A stretch of DNA of 19,336 bases from Candidatus Phoenicimicrobium oleiphilum (GTDB lineage: Bacteria > Atribacterota > Phoenicimicrobiia > Phoenicimicrobiales > Phoenicimicrobiaceae). The first letter of the stretch is position 1. Every line of letters starts with the position of its first letter. Below are positions 1-7,750 of the stretch, one piece after another. The position numbers and the translations under genes are program-made. Below the pieces are notes generated by a model. It did not search any database, was not told the DNA's origin, and saw only the letters and a program-made list of their open reading frames with translations. The stretch spans positions 1,247 through 20,582 of the forward strand of contig JBDIWJ010000026.1 in assembly GCA_039638295.1 (NCBI GenBank). Direction: 5' to 3'.

Positions 1-78
1 TTTAGGAAATTTTACTTTCATAAATTTGAATTGTTCTGTAGTTATTATATATTAATTAACCGAAATAGTAAAAAGATT

Positions 79-323
79 AATTGACCAATTGACCGATTCC
101 CCAATTCTCCAATTGACCAATTTACCAATTATGTTGGTTTGCCAGTTACCCGGTTTGCCAGTTAAAATACAGGTTACAAGATGGAATAATTGACCGATTA
201 GCCAATTGACCAAGCAACCAATTACTCTTTTCTTATTACTCATTACTTATCACTGTATCTCTAAACGTTGTACGCTCCACGCTAACTAAATACTAATGAC
301 TATTCACTATTTACTAACGACTA
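79..323. repeat. Intergenic patchwork of consecutive degenerate 8-nt and 7-nt tandem arrays
   Basis: AATTGACC-type x6.5 (79-130); GGTTTGCC/AGTTACCC (136-164); AATTGACC-type x4.5 (188-223); TTATTAC-type x3 (233-253); CTAAACG-type x3 (261-281); NNNACTA x6 (282-323). Read directly from the sequence. Confidence 0.9.
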
Positions 324-1229
324 CTTCAGTTGCTTTTCCGCCTGCTTTAACCAATATTCTGCCTTTTTGTTGTCTGGCTCTAAACTTAGAACTTCCATCC
401 AATTATTTACTGCTTCCTGATAATTTCCCCGCTCGTAATAAATTCTACCCAACCAGTAATAAGCTGAGGAAAAATTAGGATTATACCTGACTGCTTGACG
501 ATATTCGTATAGAGCTTTTTCATATAATTTTTGTTCATAAAAATTATATCCTGCCTCGTAATGAGAATATGCTTCTTTCCCGTATTTTATAGAATTTTCT
601 ACTTTGGTATAAAAATATCGAGCCCGAGGATAATAGGGGTCAACCTCTAACACTTTTTGCCAGGAAGAAAGAGAATCATTCAATCTGCCAATTTCATAGA
701 ATACTCTGCCTAACCAATACTGGGCTTCGATCATTTTTGGATCAATTTCAACTGCTTTTTGTAAATATAGAATACAGTCATCATAATCTTCCCTTTGATA
801 AGCTGCATATCCTAATCGATAATAAGCAAAAGCCAATTTTTTTTGGGCTTCCGGAGAAATTACCTTCTTTTTTTGAATAAGCTCTATATATCTCTCCCAC
901 TCCCTTGCCTCTCTATAATACCAGTTAGTATATTGATAAATCTGAGCAAGATAGTAATGAGCTTCTATAAAATTAGGGTCAGCCTCAACAGCTTTTTCAC
1001 CATATTCAATAGCTTGAACCCATAATTCTTTGTTAGGATAATTTATCCCCTGATAAGTGTTAATTGCCTCTTCCATTTTGTTTATAGCCATTTCCAGGTA
1101 ATCAGATGCTTCTTGAGAAACAGTCTCCCAGGTAGCTTTTTCCTGACCAGTTGCAAAACTAAGTACTGATAATAATCCACAAATAATTAAGCTTAATATT
1201 AAAAACATTTTCAGATATTTCTTTTTCAT
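321..1229 (-). CDS. Secreted tetratricopeptide repeat (TPR) protein
   Basis: 302 aa. N-terminal signal peptide (MKKKYLK, hydrophobic stretch, SFA). Repeated TPR motifs (AHYYLAQIY, AYYRLGYAAY, AQYWLGRVFY, AYYWLGRIYY; DP/NP turns). SD AAGGAGGG at 1237-1244. Confidence 0.92.
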   Translation of the reverse strand: MKKKYLKMFLILSLIICGLLSVLSFATGQEKATWETVSQEASDYLEMAINKMEEAINTYQGINYPNKELWVQAIEYGEKAVEADPNFIEAHYYLAQIYQYTNWYYREAREWERYIELIQKKKVISPEAQKKLAFAYYRLGYAAYQREDYDDCILYLQKAVEIDPKMIEAQYWLGRVFYEIGRLNDSLSSWQKVLEVDPYYPRARYFYTKVENSIKYGKEAYSHYEAGYNFYEQKLYEKALYEYRQAVRYNPNFSSAYYWLGRIYYERGNYQEAVNNWMEVLSLEPDNKKAEYWLKQAEKQLK

Positions 1230-1276
1230 CTTTATTCCCTCCTTTTAATCTTTATACTAATTATATCATTACCATT

Positions 1277-1305
1277 AGTATCGAGTATATAATATCGAGT
1301 GTCAA
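1277..1305 (-). promoter_or_regulatory. Putative sigma70-type promoter of the TPR gene
   Basis: Minus strand TTGACA-N17-GATACT, about 48 nt upstream of the start codon. Confidence 0.55.
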
Positions 1306-1461
1306 GGCAAGAAAGCGAAAAAAAGATAAAAAAACAAGAGCAATAACTATTCTTTTCTTTCTTCTAATTCTCTCACCAAAGCTACAGCTAATATTTATAT
1401 CGAGTATGTCTATAATATTATATATTATGATTGTGACCCAAAAAGTTGACAAAATAGTAAG

Positions 1462-1526
1462 GTAGAGGCACGATGCCTTGTGCCCAGAGGGGAAATTAGG
1501 TAATAATATAGAGATTGTGCCCCTAC
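1462..1526. repeat. GTAG-type REP-like palindrome (family A) plus inverted half copy, REPIN-like
   Basis: GTAGAGGCACGATGCCTTGTGCCCAGAG (1462-1489) is 24/28 identical to the reverse complement of 14244-14271. Inverted half-site ATTGTGCCCCTAC at 1514-1526. Confidence 0.75.
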
Positions 1527-1657
1527 AACTTAATTATGACTAAAATTATAATTTACTATGAAATTATCTGCATGGTATCTTATATATAATCTGTTGAAAA
1601 TATTTTAGCTTTTTGGGAAATAACCATATTATATTAAAGAGAGATTTTTTATTTATA

Positions 1658-1684
1658 TGAAAGAAAATTGTTCTGGCTAGCGTA
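1658..1684 (+). promoter_or_regulatory. Candidate ECF-sigma (SigW-like) promoter of the plus-strand cassette
   Basis: TGAAAG-N17-CGTA versus the B. subtilis SigW consensus TGAAAC-N16-CGTA, 83 nt upstream of the 1768 start. ECF operons are typically autoregulated. One mismatch and 1-nt longer spacer. Confidence 0.35.
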
Positions 1685-1767
1685 TTAGAATATGGGAACT
1701 TTTAACTAACAAAATTTCCTATATTCTATTTAATAGGTTATAATAAATTGTAAATGAAAGACAAAAT

Positions 1768-2484
1768 ATGGTAAAAAGATTTAGAAAATACATTATATTA
1801 TCTATAATAATCTTTATTTCGATGGCTTTTAACTCAATATATGCTTATGCCTGGGATAACTGCCCATATGGTTTAGAAGATGACCCTTATCCTGGGGAAT
1901 GCAAAAGATATATCGATACAGATGGAGATGGTATTTGCGATCGTTCTCAACCGGCTCCTGAAGACCGTGATAAAAATATGGTCTTAAACATAAATAATAT
2001 AGAAGAGAATATAAAAAATGATATTAATTATTCTGAAGAACTAAAGGAGAAGGGTACGGGAGGATTAATTATTGCAGAAGCTGCCAATAGTCAAAAAGCA
2101 GTCTCCGACTCTCCATCTACTGAGAGGAAATCTCTACCAGATTATAATTTTTTGGAAATCTTTTTTATAACTCTCCTAATATATTTTGGTGGGAAATTAT
2201 TAGCTCGAAAATCAGGGATAAACGCATGTCGGGAAAGAAAATTTTGGAATACCTTATTATTAGTCAATTTTATCGGTTCAGCCGGAACAGGAATGATTTT
2301 AGTATTTATTAGAGACTTTGAATGGTTTAAATCTATTGATTTTGACTTTTTATTCTGGCATGTAGAATTTTCTATCGTTATGGCTCTATTGGGGGTATTT
2401 CATGCCCTCTGGCACTTAAAATATTATCTATCTATATTCCATATTTATTCTAAAAAAACGAAAAACAATACTTGCCAATCTTAA
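1768..2484 (+). CDS. Membrane protein with an extracytoplasmic Cys/DxDxDG motif and a C-terminal DUF4405-like (His-rich, cytochrome b-like) domain
   Basis: 238 aa. Signal peptide ending AYA, then WDNCPYGLEDDPYPGECKRYIDTDGDGICDRSQ, a low-complexity linker and three TM helices, the last with H-x13-H-x3-H (HVEFSIVMALLGVFHALWH). The domain name is from recognition, not a search. Confidence 0.75.
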   Translation: MVKRFRKYIILSIIIFISMAFNSIYAYAWDNCPYGLEDDPYPGECKRYIDTDGDGICDRSQPAPEDRDKNMVLNINNIEENIKNDINYSEELKEKGTGGLIIAEAANSQKAVSDSPSTERKSLPDYNFLEIFFITLLIYFGGKLLARKSGINACRERKFWNTLLLVNFIGSAGTGMILVFIRDFEWFKSIDFDFLFWHVEFSIVMALLGVFHALWHLKYYLSIFHIYSKKTKNNTCQS

Positions 2485-2506
2485 AAATAGGAAAAAATAA
2501 AAGTTT

Positions 2507-3088
2507 ATGGTAACAACCGAGGAGTGTATTAAAAAAACAGATGAACAATTAGTTTTCTTGACTTTAAAAAATCAGGAATACTATTTGTGTTTAATGAAGC
2601 GCTATGAAAATAAACTTCTTAATTATATTTTAAAAATATCCAACTTAAATAAAGAAGATGCAGAAGACATCCTTCAGGAAGTCTTTATCAAGGTTTATCA
2701 AAACTTAAATGATTATGACCCAAATTTAAAATTTTCCAGCTGGATATATCGTATAACTCATAATACGACTATCAGTATTTTTAGAAAGAAAAATGTTCAA
2801 CCTCAGTCAGTCTCCTGGGATAATGAAGAATTAATTAACATATTGGAATCCACTTATAATGTTGAAAAAGATACTATTCGACAATTAACTTATGAGCAGA
2901 TATTGAGTATTATCAATCGTTTACCTCTAAAATATAAAGAAATATTGATTTTAAAATTTATTGAAAATAAAGATTATAAAGAAATAAGTGATATTTTACA
3001 TAAACCATTAGGTACTATAGCTACTTTAATAAACCGTGCTAAAAAATCCCTTAAACAAGAACTATTTAAGGAGGGCATTAAACTCTAA
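2507..3088 (+). CDS. ECF-family RNA polymerase sigma factor (SigW-like)
   Basis: 193 aa with only regions 2 and 4: TDEQLV, DAEDILQEVFIKVYQNL, FSSWIYRITHN, YKEISDILHKPLGTIATLINRAKKSL. Confidence 0.95.
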   Translation: MVTTEECIKKTDEQLVFLTLKNQEYYLCLMKRYENKLLNYILKISNLNKEDAEDILQEVFIKVYQNLNDYDPNLKFSSWIYRITHNTTISIFRKKNVQPQSVSWDNEELINILESTYNVEKDTIRQLTYEQILSIINRLPLKYKEILILKFIENKDYKEISDILHKPLGTIATLINRAKKSLKQELFKEGIKL

Positions 3089-3091
3089 AAT

Positions 3092-3817
3092 ATGAAAAAT
3101 ATAAGTGAACAAGTACTAAAACGAATAAAAAAGGATAATATTAGGCCAAAACCTCGATGGTATTTTTTAACTAAAAATTACTTTATCTGGTCGATGTTTG
3201 GAATTTCAGTAATTTTAGGAAGCTTTGCTTTTAGCATGATTTTGTTTATTATTAAACAACTTGATTGGGATATCTATCATTATCTTGGAGATAGTTTTTT
3301 AAAAACTGTTTTTATAAGCTTGCCCTACCTCTGGCTAATATTTCTCATCCTATTTATTGGGGTAGCCTACTATAACTTTATCCATACTAAAAGGGGTTAT
3401 AGATTTAAGTTTATATCAATTCTTTTAATAAGCTTGGTAATTAGTGTGACTTTAGGCTCTGTCCTTTATTCTAATGGTTTTAGCGAAAATTTAGGAAACA
3501 TCTTTTTTGAGAAAATTCCCTACTATAATAGATTGGTTTATACTTGTGAAAAGCAATGGATGCAGCCAGAAAGAGGTCTTTTAGCCGGGACAATTATGGA
3601 AATAGAACTCCCTGAAAATAATTTTATCCTTAAAGATTTAAATAATAATAAGTGGAAAATCAGGGCTAACAAAGCAATCTGGAAAGGTAAATTAACCCCT
3701 ACCCCGGGTTTAAAAATAAAACTTATAGGTAAATTAATGGATGATAATACTTTTGAGGCAACAGAAATCAGGCCATGGCAAGGTCAGGGACAATTCATAA
3801 AAGGGAAAAATTGGTAA
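3092..3817 (+). CDS. Putative membrane anti-sigma factor (3 TM plus C-terminal beta-rich domain)
   Basis: 241 aa, starting 3 nt after the sigma stop with SD AAGGAGG upstream. Short basic N-terminus, three hydrophobic segments and a beta-rich C-terminal domain. Function inferred from position. Confidence 0.7.
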   Translation: MKNISEQVLKRIKKDNIRPKPRWYFLTKNYFIWSMFGISVILGSFAFSMILFIIKQLDWDIYHYLGDSFLKTVFISLPYLWLIFLILFIGVAYYNFIHTKRGYRFKFISILLISLVISVTLGSVLYSNGFSENLGNIFFEKIPYYNRLVYTCEKQWMQPERGLLAGTIMEIELPENNFILKDLNNNKWKIRANKAIWKGKLTPTPGLKIKLIGKLMDDNTFEATEIRPWQGQGQFIKGKNW

Positions 3818-3860
3818 CTTACCTTCTAATTAAGAATATAAGAATAAAGGAATGGATTTT

Positions 3861-5312
3861 TTACTTACCATTTTCTTCGGTAGCCTGAAAATATAGATCC
3901 TGTAATTCTAAATTTATATTCAATTCTCCTCTGCCTTCCAAAGCACTTAGAAGTTTGCGCTTTACCTCATTAAATTGAGAATAGTATTGAGGATCAACTG
4001 AAGACGCAGCCGGAAGTTCAAGTTTTAAGAAGTCTACTTTTTTCCCATTTTTACTAATGGAAAAATCTAAATGTGGGCCAGTGGCTAAACCAGTAGCACC
4101 CACATATCCGATTATTTCACCCTGCTTCACTTTTTGACCTTTTTTTAAACCATCCGCAAAGCGAGATAAATGCCCGTATCCACTCACATAATTATTAGGA
4201 TGGCGAATTTCTATATAGTTTCCGTATCCATCATTCCATCCTTTATAAATAACTGTTCCATCCCCAATAGTTGAAACTGGGGTTCCGGTAGGAGCAGCAT
4301 AATCGATAGCCAGATGAGGACGCCAAATTCTTAATATGGGATGAAGTCTGTTGTAAGAAAAATGTGAGCTAATATATTTATAATTTAAGGGAGCTCGTAA
4401 AAAAGCTTTTTTTAATGATTCACCTTCTTCAGTATAATAGTCTACATATCCAGAGGGGTCTTTAAACAAAATTGCAGTATGTTTACTTAGAAGTTCACCA
4501 TCGTACATAGCAGCAAGTACCTTGCCCCAACGATAAAAATCCCCTTTATACTGTTTCTCTACTAAAATTTTAAAAGTATCTCCCTCTCTGCATTCCGTAA
4601 GAAAATCAATCTGCCAGGCAAATATTTCAGCTATTTGAAGGGCTAACTGGGGTGAATCTACACTCTCCATCATAGACTCATAAAGAGAACTTTTAATCTC
4701 TCCTTCAAACCGAACAACTTCTGTACAAACTTCTTCTTTGGTTACTTTTATATCTTCTGAATCAGAGATAGGAATATCTATACAATAAATATCGATAGGA
4801 TTAGGTTTATAAATAAATTCTGTTACTTTTCCCTCTGGATTATATTTTAAAGAATATTCACTGCCAACGGGAAGATAGTTAAAATCTACTAAAGATTTAA
4901 TTTTTTCTTGTAAATTAAGTATTTCAGCTGCTGAAATTCCCTTTTTAATCAGAGATTCGTAAAGAGTATCCCCAGCCTGCAAACTACCATTAACAATAAT
5001 TGCTTCTTCCTCTTCTTGTTTTTCACCTTCTTCCCTCTCTTGCTGCAAAAATGTTTCTTCAGAAAGTTTTTCCGAATCCATCTCTTTTTCATCTCTCCCA
5101 AAATCTAAAGCCACCTCTGAATTAGAAGAAGCAAGAAATGTATCATTATCTTGTTTTGGATGGAACAAAGGAAGAATCTTAAAATAAACTGTCCCCGTAA
5201 CTAACAATAAAATAAATAATCCACCAATAAGTAATTTTATTCTTTTTTTCCTCTTTTTTTTGTGGAAAGATGGAAAAACATAAGAATGATGGTAGTATTT
5301 TTTTCTTAACAA
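3861..5312 (-). CDS. M23 family peptidoglycan DD-endopeptidase (MepM/Csd3-like)
   Basis: 483 aa, TTG start. N-terminal TM anchor, GDTLY OapA/LysM-like segment, IFAWQIDF middle domain, M23 motifs HLAID, GYGNYIEIRH, YGHLS, GYVGATGLATGPHLDF. Confidence 0.93.
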   Translation of the reverse strand: MLRKKYYHHSYVFPSFHKKKRKKRIKLLIGGLFILLLVTGTVYFKILPLFHPKQDNDTFLASSNSEVALDFGRDEKEMDSEKLSEETFLQQEREEGEKQEEEEAIIVNGSLQAGDTLYESLIKKGISAAEILNLQEKIKSLVDFNYLPVGSEYSLKYNPEGKVTEFIYKPNPIDIYCIDIPISDSEDIKVTKEEVCTEVVRFEGEIKSSLYESMMESVDSPQLALQIAEIFAWQIDFLTECREGDTFKILVEKQYKGDFYRWGKVLAAMYDGELLSKHTAILFKDPSGYVDYYTEEGESLKKAFLRAPLNYKYISSHFSYNRLHPILRIWRPHLAIDYAAPTGTPVSTIGDGTVIYKGWNDGYGNYIEIRHPNNYVSGYGHLSRFADGLKKGQKVKQGEIIGYVGATGLATGPHLDFSISKNGKKVDFLKLELPAASSVDPQYYSQFNEVKRKLLSALEGRGELNINLELQDLYFQATEENGK

Positions 5313-5336
5313 AATTTTTCCAACCTCTAAAGTAAA

Positions 5337-6479
5337 TTATTTTCTATATTTCTTAAAAATATTATAAAAATACCTATCTGTCATAGAGGCAATATAGTCT
5401 ATTACAACTTGTTCAGGTAAATTATTACTTACATAATCTGCTCCCTTATTTTTACCCCTATTAAAAATCCACTCTTTAAAAATTAGAGAATCTTCGTTAC
5501 CCTTTTTAAGGTCATCAAGAAATTTATCGAAAAGATATATAAAAGCAGTTTTAAATCTAGTTTTTTTTGCTTTTAACCCCGGATTTTTATATATCCTTTC
5601 TGTATTAAATTTTTTTAATTCAAAAAGTCTCTTAGCAATATTAGATGAATAGCTTATCTCGTCCCGATTATAAGAATTAATGATGATATCAGTTACCAGG
5701 GAATTTATAATATCGGTATTGCTTCCCCCTAAATCTTTCTTAACTCCTTCTGGTAATTCTTCTTTTTTTAAAATTCCTACGCGTATCGCATCTTCAAAAT
5801 CTTGTCCTACATAAGATATTGCATCTGACATTCGGACAACACATCCCTCTAAAGTGGCAGGAACTATATGAACTTGTTCCCCTTGAGATTTTCTCTGACA
5901 ATAATCTATTAAATCAGATTCAGTTTTATTTCGATACGGTTTAAGATATTTCTCATTAATCTCACCATCATGGGAAAGAATTCCATCTCTTACTTGAAAG
6001 GTCAAATTCATCCCTTTACAGGCATCGGCAAGTTTATCTACTATTCTAAGACTGTGAATGTTGTGAAAAAATAAACCAATCTTCTTTTTTCGACAAATAT
6101 CTTGAAGAATTTCTTCACCATCATGACCAAAGGGAGTATGCCCTAAATCATGTCCAAGGGCGATTGCTTCTATAAGATCAAGATTTAATTTTAAGGCTCT
6201 CCCTATTGACCTCGATATTTGAGAAACTTGCAAGGTATGAATGCTTCGATTAGATAATTGCTCATCGAAACTGGCAGCAAAATAAATGACTTGAGTTTTC
6301 CCCACATATCTACGAAATGACCCACTATATAATATATGATCTCGGTCCCTCGAATAAGGTCCTCTAAAGGGATGAGAAATTTTACGTTCTCTTTTCGCCT
6401 CATAGTTTTTCGTGGCATATGGAGAAAGATATTTATCTTCGAAATCAAGGATTTCTTTTTTAAATTCCTCTTTGTCCAT
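5337..6479 (-). CDS. dgt: HD-domain deoxyguanosinetriphosphate triphosphohydrolase-like protein
   Basis: RDRDHILYSGSFRRYVGKTQV, H...IEAIALGHDLGHTPFGHDGE, VIDYIASMTDRY. Start moved from TTG 6494 to ATG 6479, which follows a GGGAGA SD. Confidence 0.88.
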   Translation of the reverse strand: MDKEEFKKEILDFEDKYLSPYATKNYEAKRERKISHPFRGPYSRDRDHILYSGSFRRYVGKTQVIYFAASFDEQLSNRSIHTLQVSQISRSIGRALKLNLDLIEAIALGHDLGHTPFGHDGEEILQDICRKKKIGLFFHNIHSLRIVDKLADACKGMNLTFQVRDGILSHDGEINEKYLKPYRNKTESDLIDYCQRKSQGEQVHIVPATLEGCVVRMSDAISYVGQDFEDAIRVGILKKEELPEGVKKDLGGSNTDIINSLVTDIIINSYNRDEISYSSNIAKRLFELKKFNTERIYKNPGLKAKKTRFKTAFIYLFDKFLDDLKKGNEDSLIFKEWIFNRGKNKGADYVSNNLPEQVVIDYIASMTDRYFYNIFKKYRK

Positions 6480-6568
6480 CTTTTTTTCTCCCAAACAAAA
6501 TAAGAAAATATTATAAAAAAATCTTTTTATTTTTCTTTATTTTTAATGATAAGGGATTTGTGCTTTTT

Positions 6569-6597
6569 ATTGTATAAAATTGTGATGGATTCTGCAA
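6569..6597 (-). promoter_or_regulatory. Putative sigma70-type promoter of the dgt/M23 genes
   Basis: Minus strand TTGCAG-N17-TACAAT, about 90 nt upstream of the start. Confidence 0.5.
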
Positions 6598-6608
6598 GTA
6601 TATTTTTA

Positions 6609-6888
6609 TTCGTATCTCGTATATTAGCGTGGAATGTGCAGCGCATAGCGTTTAGAAATACAGTGATGAGTGATGGATAATGGGTAATAAGAAAAGAGTA
6701 ATTGGTTAGTAAATAGTGATAAGTAATAAGTAACAGGATGCAGGTTTAGAAAAAAAGGGCACAATTCATTGTGCCCCTATGTTGAATCTTATTTTCTGTA
6801 ACGCAATACGCAATACGATATACTAACGACCAACGACCATTCATTAACAATTAATTGGTCAATTGGGGGATAGGGGAATAGGAGAATT
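6609..6888. repeat. Intergenic patchwork of 7-/8-nt arrays with an embedded REP-like hairpin
   Basis: 6624-6707 is an inverted homolog of 216-285. A 7-periodic ACGCAAT/ACGATAT/ACTAACG run spans 6801-6848, and GGTCAATT-type octamers span 6853-6888. Confidence 0.85.
6757..6780 (-). repeat. REP-like palindrome, family A
   Basis: GGGCACAAT-TC-ATTGTGCCC perfect 9-bp inverted repeat followed by CTAT (minus strand ATAG, a variant of the GTAG tail). Confidence 0.8.
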
Positions 6889-6892
6889 AATT

Positions 6893-7750
6893 TCATCCCT
6901 TCACTGACCCGGCCAAAATACCTTTTACGAAATAACGTTGTAATCCTAAGAATAGACTTAAAGGGAGAATCATAGAGACGAACGCTGCTGCAGTGAGAAG
7001 CTCCCAATCCTGACCATAAGAACCAACTAATGCACTTATACGTACAGTTAAGGGGGCAACATCAGGAGTCCCTCCTAAATAAACCAAGGCTACTAAAAGG
7101 TCATTCCAAACCCATAAGAATTGGAAGATAGTAACAGAAGCAAGTGCAGGCAAGGACAGCGGTATTACCAGCTTTTTAAATATTTGAAAGGGAGTAGCAC
7201 CATCGATAGAGCAAGAATCAAATAACTCACTAGGTAATCCAGAAATAAAATTATATAATAAATATATTATAAGAGGGAGACCATATCCAGTATGAGCAAA
7301 CCATATCCCCGGAAAAGTACCAGCTAATCCTAACTTATTAAAAACCCGAAGGATAGGTATCATAGTCATCTGTAGGGGAACAACTAATAAGCCCACTAAA
7401 ATTACGAATAAAAGCCTCCTCCCTGGAAAATCCATCCAGGCAAAGGCATAAGCAGCAAAGGAAGCAATTAATATGGGGATGATTGTAGCAGGAATAGTAA
7501 TTAATAATGTATTCCAAAAGGCTTTACCTATACCAATTCTAATAATAACTTCTCTATAATTTTCCAGAGTATAACAGGTAAAGTTAAAAGGGTGTTGAAG
7601 AACAGTCCACCAACCAGATGTTGCAACATCAGCAGAAGACCGAAAAGACGTTATTAACAGACCAACGCTTGGAAGTATCCATATTAAAGCTATCGTAATT
7701 ATCACTAAGTGAAGTGGTATACCTGAAAATATTGAAATTAACTTTTTCAT
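6893..7750 (-). CDS. Carbohydrate ABC transporter permease (MalG/AglG-like, alpha-glucosides)
   Basis: 285 aa, about 6 TM, EAA-loop variant ELFDSCSIDGA, QFLWVWNDLLVAL, QRYFVKGILAGSVKG terminus. TAATG coupling with the upstream permease at 7750. Confidence 0.95.
   Translation of the reverse strand: MKKLISIFSGIPLHLVIITIALIWILPSVGLLITSFRSSADVATSGWWTVLQHPFNFTCYTLENYREVIIRIGIGKAFWNTLLITIPATIIPILIASFAAYAFAWMDFPGRRLLFVILVGLLVVPLQMTMIPILRVFNKLGLAGTFPGIWFAHTGYGLPLIIYLLYNFISGLPSELFDSCSIDGATPFQIFKKLVIPLSLPALASVTIFQFLWVWNDLLVALVYLGGTPDVAPLTVRISALVGSYGQDWELLTAAAFVSMILPLSLFLGLQRYFVKGILAGSVKG

Noticed and set aside
1..21. Possible start of a minus-strand gene (MKVKFPK) running off the left edge
   Set aside because: Only 7 codons are visible and there is no clear SD, so it cannot be supported from this window.
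52..243. 63-aa ORF with recurring LVNW/IG motifs
   Set aside because: It is the translation of the octamer arrays, with no clear SD and no recognisable domain.
79..323. Possible CRISPR array in the repeat-rich spacers
   Set aside because: Units are 7-8 nt tandem repeats with no 23-47-nt direct repeats separated by unique spacers, and no cas genes are present.
296..1025. Plus-strand ORFs 296-478 and 843-1025
   Set aside because: Antisense shadows of the TPR gene.
1261..1452. 63-aa hydrophobic ORF in the divergent intergenic region
   Set aside because: TTG start, low-complexity AT-rich sequence, overlaps the predicted promoter, no recognisable features.
1446..1474. TTGACA on the + strand as the cassette promoter
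   Set aside because: The -10 position at 17 nt is CACGAT, inside the REP-like element. This is a poor match and about 300 nt from the start codon.
5337..6479. dGTPase as an anti-phage nucleotide-depletion system
   Set aside because: Short housekeeping-type protein in a non-defence context (M23 peptidase, sugar ABC), with no defence-island neighbours.
6203..7007. ORFs 6203-6448 and 6789-7007
   Set aside because: Alternative-frame overlaps of dgt and of the permease/repeat arrays.
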